Positions 26,065-30,716 of a stretch of DNA of 30,716 nt are shown piece by piece. Under the pieces are notes generated by a model, which worked only from the letters and a program-made list of their open reading frames with translations, made no database searches and had not been told where the DNA came from. The DNA is taken from positions 1-30,716 of the IMG/VR virus record IMGVR_UViG_3300020188_000036, one strand, 5' to 3'. A program made the translations under genes and the position numbers. Position 1 is the stretch's first letter. Each line of letters begins with the position of its first letter. Source of the DNA: a virus. Lineage: Duplodnaviria > Caudoviricetes.

Positions 26065-26256
26065 TCACTCTCCCTCCCTTCATGAAATATTGGAACCTAA
26101 TTCCAGTTTTGCATGACTTTTTACTCCCAATCAGACGCGCCATCATTACCGATCAGACGCTAACTGTATCTAATTGGATACATACGACGGCACGCTTAAT
26201 GCCCTTTCCGCCGCCCCATTGACATGCTCGATGTCAACTAGCGGTACCACGGGCAT

Positions 26257-26280
26257 AAAAAAACCCACCGAAGTGGGTTT
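26257..26280 (-). terminator. Rho-independent terminator with cUUCGg loop
   Basis: AAACCCAC-TTCG-GTGGGTTT-TTTT just after the 212-aa gene. Confidence 0.9.
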
Positions 26281-26297
26281 GGTTGCGGATGTGCGGA

Positions 26298-26936
26298 TCA
26301 TGCTGCTTTAGCGCTGAAGTCTAGCCCCTGCGCTTCTGCTACGATTTTTCCATCTGCTTCGTTGTTGAGACGTTCTACAATCTCTTGCATTGCTGTGAAT
26401 GCGTCGTCGAAGGACGTGCACTGAGTGGTTGTGACCCACTGGCCGTCTATGTTCTCTGACTGTGAGAAGTAGAACAGAGGTTGAATGTCATTGAGATAGG
26501 ACATCTGACCGCCCAGCCATGTGTGTAGGTTGTTAAGGGTCATGAAGTCGTCGTCAACGATCTCTGCCATGTGTGAGTTCTCAATGCTCACGCCCACCTG
26601 CTCTGATACATCCTGCGAGAAGTCGATGCCATTGGCAAAGTCTTCTGCTGAGTTGGCGATGAATAACCTACGTGCGTTCCAACATACTTGATTCATAACT
26701 GCTTGTACGAAGGTCAGTATGTACTCTGGATTGGCGAGCAACTGTGGTGAGGTGCCTGCTGTCTCCTGCTCACGTTTAGCGTCCTTGCGTTCCTTCTGAA
26801 GCTGAAGATACGTAAGTGCTATTTGGTTGGCAGTTTGCCCGTGAACCTGTCTGAGAACCTCTGCGGCGATGAGACCGTTAAGGTTATTTTTCTCTGACAT
26901 CTGTGCTACTGCGTCTGCGATGAATGAATTAGTCAT
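26298..26936 (-). CDS. 212-aa early protein of unknown function
   Basis: GGAGAG RBS; own terminator. Confidence 0.85.
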   Translation of the reverse strand: MTNSFIADAVAQMSEKNNLNGLIAAEVLRQVHGQTANQIALTYLQLQKERKDAKREQETAGTSPQLLANPEYILTFVQAVMNQVCWNARRLFIANSAEDFANGIDFSQDVSEQVGVSIENSHMAEIVDDDFMTLNNLHTWLGGQMSYLNDIQPLFYFSQSENIDGQWVTTTQCTSFDDAFTAMQEIVERLNNEADGKIVAEAQGLDFSAKAA

Positions 26937-27081
26937 TGTAATACTCTCCGTTTTCGTTTGTGGTTTCTAATGTGAGGATCATTGTTTCGACATCGAAGTC
27001 TTGTGACTCGTGGTCAGTTAACATCTGTTCGTGGTCAGTGATCCAAGACCAGTGCTCAGTTTCTAGTGAATGCATATACAT
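26929..27081 (-). CDS. 50-aa acidic protein with no Lys/Arg
   Basis: GGAGAG RBS; MYMHSLETEHWSWITDHEQMLTDHESQDFDVETMILTLETTNENGEYYND. Confidence 0.65.
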   Translation of the reverse strand: MYMHSLETEHWSWITDHEQMLTDHESQDFDVETMILTLETTNENGEYYND

Positions 27082-27083
27082 GG

Positions 27084-27248
27084 TTACTCTCCTGTGACTT
27101 CTAATAGTGTTTCTAGTTCGTCTACATCTTGCTCGATATCAAACAAGCACAGTGCAATAACGGCTAACAGCACTTCGCTTGGGTTTTGTTTAGCGTACTC
27201 CACTGCGTTGTCAATGTGGACGTACAATTTGGTTAGCGTGGTGTTCAT
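27084..27248 (-). CDS. 54-aa early protein (paralog A)
   Basis: MNTTLTKLYVHIDNAVEYAKQNPSEVLLAVIALCLFDIEQDVDELETLLEVTGE; paralog at 28275-28439. Confidence 0.8.
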   Translation of the reverse strand: MNTTLTKLYVHIDNAVEYAKQNPSEVLLAVIALCLFDIEQDVDELETLLEVTGE

Positions 27249-27316
27249 AGCATAGCTCCTGCAGCAATCATTAGTAGTGCTAAGATAGTTAACTGTAGTC
27301 GTTGTACTTTGGTCAT
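27245..27316 (-). CDS. 23-aa hydrophobic peptide
   Basis: GGAGAG RBS; MTKVQRLQLTILALLMIAAGAML; ATGA overlap with the next gene. Confidence 0.65.
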   Translation of the reverse strand: MTKVQRLQLTILALLMIAAGAML

Positions 27317-27451
27317 GATTACTCTCCGTTGTTAATTGTTAGTTGACAGTTGTCAACGGTCAGTGTCACCGACCAGCGAGCTTGAAAAGCGAGCTGTTTT
27401 TACTGGACGGATATACAGTAAATTGGATCAAACGAGAATGATTCGCAACAA

Positions 27452-27742
27452 TGTGTGCAGCAAACGGGGTGTGTGCAGCAATGTGTGCAGCAATGTGTGC
27501 AGGCAAAATCGGGCTACAGGCCGCATAAACACTCATGTGTGCAGTGTGTGTAGCTATTTTGTTGTTTAAGTTAAAAAGCCAACTAAAAAAATAAAATAAA
27601 AATAAATATATATAAAGTAGCGTTTTACCTACACACACTGCACACACTGCACACATTTGCGTTATTTCGTTGTAAATCAATAACTTGCGTTGTGTGTAGC
27701 AAACGAGCCGTTGCCTGCACACACCTGCACACACTGCACACA
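27452..27742. repeat. 13 TGTGTGYAG iterons around an AT-rich core, candidate replication origin
   Basis: Six + copies 27452-27553; AT-rich 27555-27616; six - copies in 27629-27655 and 27715-27742; one + copy at 27691. Confidence 0.8.
27675..27687 (+). promoter_or_regulatory. IHF consensus site
   Basis: AATCAA-TAAC-TTG matches WATCAANNNNTTR exactly, inside the iteron cluster. Confidence 0.6.
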
Positions 27743-27844
27743 CCCGTGGACGCCGGACGAGGTCCGTGGGCCGAGGACAGCGGACATTTGCCACTATTGA
27801 TGGACAATTGCGATTGTTAACGGACATTTGATAGATAAAAACGA

Positions 27845-28054
27845 TCAGTTGTCACGTTGGGTATTGCTAATGCGAGCTACTCGGTTCGCTGTTCGTCGTT
27901 CAAGCTCCTCTGGTGACAGACGAGTGGCCATTGGCCGTGGACCTTTGTTAGTGTCCACTAACCTAGGAAGGATGACATCGCATATGAAAGCACCTACTCC
28001 GAATACGAAGCAGATGCCAGCGGTGTAAAACAAGGTGATAAGTACGTTGTCCAT
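27845..28054 (-). CDS. Small protein with N-terminal TM
   Basis: AGGAG RBS; hydrophobic residues 4-30. Confidence 0.7.
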   Translation of the reverse strand: MDNVLITLFYTAGICFVFGVGAFICDVILPRLVDTNKGPRPMATRLSPEELERRTANRVARISNTQRDN

Positions 28055-28069
28055 GATTATTCTCCTGTA

Positions 28070-28273
28070 TTAAAGGTGGTTCTCGCCTTCCCATATAAAG
28101 CTCTCAGCCATAGCTTGATCATATCTTTCCCACTCGGTTATAACCTCTTCCTCTGTCAGGAAGAAGCCCATCAACTTAGCTTCCTCTATGGTTTGGCTAG
28201 GAGGAAACCTCTTGCACCATCCCTTCTCTATAATGTCGTCTAAACTAACTTCATTTATATAAGGCTTATTCAT
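28070..28273 (-). CDS. Hypothetical protein
   Basis: AGGAG RBS; 67 aa. Confidence 0.7.
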   Translation of the reverse strand: MNKPYINEVSLDDIIEKGWCKRFPPSQTIEEAKLMGFFLTEEEVITEWERYDQAMAESFIWEGENHL

Positions 28274-28274
28274 A

Positions 28275-28439
28275 TTACTCTCCTACGAATTCTTTTAGGT
28301 CTTCGATGTTGTCGATGTCAGTCTCGATGTCAATGAACATCAGTGTGATCAAGATAAGAACCGCATCGGCGGGATTCTTTTTGAAGTGATCAACAGTCTT
28401 GCTTACGAAAGATGAAATGTTAGAGATGATTGAGTTCAT
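28275..28439 (-). CDS. 54-aa early protein (paralog B); first gene of the leftward block
   Basis: AGGAG RBS; MNSIISNISSFVSKTVDHFKKNPADAVLILITLMFIDIETDIDNIEDLKEFVGE. Confidence 0.8.
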   Translation of the reverse strand: MNSIISNISSFVSKTVDHFKKNPADAVLILITLMFIDIETDIDNIEDLKEFVGE

Positions 28440-28661
28440 GTGATTCTCCTAATGATTAATTGGTAAACCCAAACTAATAACAGACAACCGACGAGGAACG
28501 AGGAGGGGTTACTGAGGAACAAGGTTCCAGAACATATGTCAGATACAAGGTTCCAAATCCGAGATCGGGGGTTGGGGGGTATCTGCCAGCGGAAGGGGGA
28601 GATAGTGTGTGAGCGAATCAGAAAGTAAAAATGAAAAAAATTTTATAAAATTTTCTTGTAG

Positions 28662-28689
28662 TTGATTTTTAACGAAACGCGGCTATGAT
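28662..28689 (+). promoter_or_regulatory. Sigma70-like promoter for the HNH gene
   Basis: TTGATT-N16-TATGAT preceded by an A/T-rich UP-like tract. Confidence 0.55.
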
Positions 28690-28696
28690 ACTGCGC

Positions 28697-29167
28697 ATGG
28701 ATATTATAAAAGTCTGTATAAAGTGCGGAAAAGAAAAGCCGAACTCAGACTTCCCCGAGTACCAAAAAGGTAAAACCAAGAACATCTGCAAGCGGTGCTC
28801 TACCGCTGCCCATCAAAAACGGGCAGGGGCCACGTACCACGGTTATCTGACAGCGTTATGTACCAAGGCCCGCTCTGCACGAAAGAAGTCAGATATCCCT
28901 TTCGAGATCGACGAAGGATACCTGATAGAGTTGTGGGAACAGCAAAACGGTCGGTGTGCAATTTCCAATGTCCACATGACCCATCACAGCGACGGCAAAG
29001 GCCGTAAAGATTTCAACGCGTCCATCGACCGTATCATCCCAGAACTGGGCTATGTCCACGGCAACGTACAACTCGTATGTGACCGGGTGAACACGATGCG
29101 TCATACACTGACAATGGACATGTTTTACTGGTGGGTGAAGGCGATCCACGAGCATTCTTGCGATTAA
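28697..29167 (+). CDS. HNH-like endonuclease with N-terminal zinc finger
   Basis: CIKC...CKRC; LWEQQNGRCAIS; SIDRIIPELGYVHGNVQLVCDRVNTM. Confidence 0.85.
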   Translation: MDIIKVCIKCGKEKPNSDFPEYQKGKTKNICKRCSTAAHQKRAGATYHGYLTALCTKARSARKKSDIPFEIDEGYLIELWEQQNGRCAISNVHMTHHSDGKGRKDFNASIDRIIPELGYVHGNVQLVCDRVNTMRHTLTMDMFYWWVKAIHEHSCD

Positions 29168-29190
29168 AACCGATCCTCCTTGTGATTAAC

Positions 29191-29207
29191 TATTAGGTGA
29201 GCTAATA
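29191..29207. promoter_or_regulatory. 17-bp palindromic operator-like site over the packaging-operon promoter
   Basis: TATTAG-GTGAG-CTAATA; overlaps + strand TTGTGA-N17-TAATAT. Confidence 0.75.
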
Positions 29208-29214
29208 TTCGCAA

Positions 29215-29493
29215 ATGAGTCTACTAGAAATGATTGCTGTTGAAGGTCTTGATGAAGCTGTTATAGGCACAGGACTACGTACAACTGGTAAAGAAGTACT
29301 GGTGTATGACGCTAACAAAGCCCAAGAGATCATTGACGGCTATATAGGCGAGGGGATGGATGTCACCGAGTACCTATTCGAGATCGGAATAGACGCGCTA
29401 GGTGACCAAGCACCTATTTTTGTGTATCTGGATGAGAATGCAGAAGATGAGCTTAGAAGAGCAAGACGAGAAAGCTATGGAGCCCTCCACTAG
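29215..29493 (+). CDS. Conserved hypothetical phage protein
   Basis: GLDEAVIG...VLVYD..K...EY...G...PIFV pattern. Confidence 0.75.
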   Translation: MSLLEMIAVEGLDEAVIGTGLRTTGKEVLVYDANKAQEIIDGYIGEGMDVTEYLFEIGIDALGDQAPIFVYLDENAEDELRRARRESYGALH

Positions 29494-29974
29494 TCTCGTT
29501 AGTTCGCATACAGAGTTCCAGTCTCATATGCCCTATATGGGCTTGCACCTCAACGAACTGACGGTTCAGCAAGAAAAACTGGTAATGTTGATGGCCAGCG
29601 GCATGACAATCGCTGCGGCTGGTCGCGGAGCAGGGTACGCGAGCTACTCTACAGCGTTAGATGCAGCTAAAAGGCCCGCCGTACAGAAGGCGTTGCAGTA
29701 TTTTCGTGAGCAAATGCGCGAAGAAGTGCGGTTCGAGCGTCAAAATGCGCACATGATGTACATGGAAGCGTATAATGCGTCGGCAACCGCCACCGAAATG
29801 AAGAACACGGTTGATTCTCTGGTCAAATTGCACGGGTTAACTGCCCCTGACAACGCAACACAGATAAATATCAACCTAAATGCGACGGCAAAACAGCTAG
29901 AACGCATGACCGATGAAGAGCTTCTGCAGATAGCAGGTAAAACTGGCGACTATTTAGAGCCAGATAGCAACTAG
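29447..29974 (+). CDS. Putative terminase small subunit
   Basis: LTVQQEKLV...G.T..AA.R.AGY HTH; immediately upstream of TerL. Confidence 0.65.
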   Translation: MSLEEQDEKAMEPSTSLVSSHTEFQSHMPYMGLHLNELTVQQEKLVMLMASGMTIAAAGRGAGYASYSTALDAAKRPAVQKALQYFREQMREEVRFERQNAHMMYMEAYNASATATEMKNTVDSLVKLHGLTAPDNATQININLNATAKQLERMTDEELLQIAGKTGDYLEPDSN

Positions 29975-29993
29975 CCGCTGAGGTAGCCCACAA

Positions 29994-30716
29994 TTGGCCG
30001 ATGACATCCCCAAAAGACGGTGTAAAAGGTGCAAAAACATGCACCCAGAAACGCTGTACTCCGACGAGATCGGGGGGTTGTGTGTGTACTGCAAAGCAGA
30101 CGACGTCGAAGCGCTACCCCAACCTGCTTCAGTTGAGCAGGATGGGGCCGAACCAGAGGAGCTATCTGTTGAAGAAAAAGCAAAAGCAGAACTCGCGCTT
30201 AGATTCCTTACGCGCAAGCGACTACTACCGTTCGTTGAGCGGTTCAACCCTGACTACAACGCTGGTTGGGTACACAAAGACATTTGTCGGCGGCTTGAGA
30301 AGTTTAGCCGCGACGTTGTGGAGAAAAAGTCGCCAAGGCTTATGCTATTTATGCCGCCTCGTCACGGAAAATCCACGTTGGCGTCGATTGCGTTCCCAGC
30401 TTGGCATCTGGGTAGAAATCCAGACCATGAATTTATCAGTTGTTCGTATTCAGGCTCGCTTGCGATGGGCTTCTCTCGAAAGGTACGCCAACTACTGCGC
30501 GAACCAACTTATAAAACAGCCTTTAGCACACGCTTGGACCCTGACTCCCAGTCAGCTGAAGCGTGGCTTACGACTGCTGGCGGTGGGTACGTTGCTGCAG
30601 GTGTTGGGGGTGGTATCACTGGTAAAGGTGCCCATATTCTGGTTATCGACGATCCTGTTAAAAACCGTGACGATGCTGAAAGCCAAAACAATCGAGACAG
30701 TAACTGGGACTGGTAT
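29994..30716 (+). CDS. terL: Terminase large subunit, 5' part (runs off the window)
   Basis: GAGGT then TTG 29994; RLMLFMPPRHGKS (Walker A), GGGITGKGAHILVIDDPVKN (Walker B). Confidence 0.95.
   Translation, partial: MADDIPKRRCKRCKNMHPETLYSDEIGGLCVYCKADDVEALPQPASVEQDGAEPEELSVEEKAKAELALRFLTRKRLLPFVERFNPDYNAGWVHKDICRRLEKFSRDVVEKKSPRLMLFMPPRHGKSTLASIAFPAWHLGRNPDHEFISCSYSGSLAMGFSRKVRQLLREPTYKTAFSTRLDPDSQSAEAWLTTAGGGYVAAGVGGGITGKGAHILVIDDPVKNRDDAESQNNRDSNWDWY

Noticed and set aside
25885-26114. Stop-codon reassignment suggested by in-frame TAA/TAG
   Set aside because: TAA, TAG and TGA all end well-defined genes elsewhere (e.g. TAG at 1028 and 3192), and the long genes are uninterrupted in code 11
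26219-26237. TTGACA on both strands as -35 elements
   Set aside because: No acceptable -10 lies 16-18 bp downstream on either strand; better explained as a stem
26130-26256. Hammerhead ribozyme or tRNA
   Set aside because: CUGAUCG and GGAAA are present but not the CUGANGA/GAAA core in the right arrangement; no cloverleaf or T-loop seen
27366-27827. ORFs 27366-27827(-), 27336-27569(+) and 27625-27807(-) with CAVCA/AAHI repeats
   Set aside because: They are translations of the TGTGTGCAG iterons and the A/T tract, not credible proteins
28463-28479. Additional operator copy upstream of the first early gene
   Set aside because: Only one arm (TATTAG on -) is present; the other arm does not match
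13420-29207. Palindromes as host CIRCE or LexA boxes
   Set aside because: CIRCE is TTAGCACTC-N9-GAGTGCTAA and the gammaproteobacterial SOS box is CTGT-N8-ACAG; neither arm sequence nor spacing fits

Overview
About 30.7 kb of a tailed dsDNA bacteriophage. It is probably a podovirus-like aquatic phage; a gammaproteobacterial host is inferred from its CsrA- and SutA-like genes. There are three blocks. (1) + strand 1-10248: late genes (tail fibre end, two fibre chaperones, a cluster of small membrane/holin genes, tail protein, a 1127-aa TipJ/DUF1983-type fibre with 13 tandem repeats, tail-tip proteins). (2) - strand 10318-28439: the early/replication block (many micro-ORFs, MoxR AAA + Nmad5-like + vWA/metallopeptidase, DUF5664-like nucleotide hydrolase, SutA-like, family A DNA polymerase, CsrA, primase-helicase, Cas4-like nuclease, GP88-like Cys-rich protein, SNF2 helicase, SSB-like protein, VRR-NUC-like nuclease, lambda-cI-like HTH). 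(3) + strand 28697-end: HNH, TerS-like and the start of TerL. Main signals: a recurring 17-bp palindrome YATTAG-N5-CTAATR at intergenic promoters; host-regulator mimics (SutA-like, CsrA) overlapping both ends of polA; a 13-iteron/AT-rich/IHF origin-like region; a C-rich-loop sRNA candidate; a recombination scar in the lysis cluster; and two ungapped 54-aa early paralogs. Family names are from motif recognition only; no searches were run.
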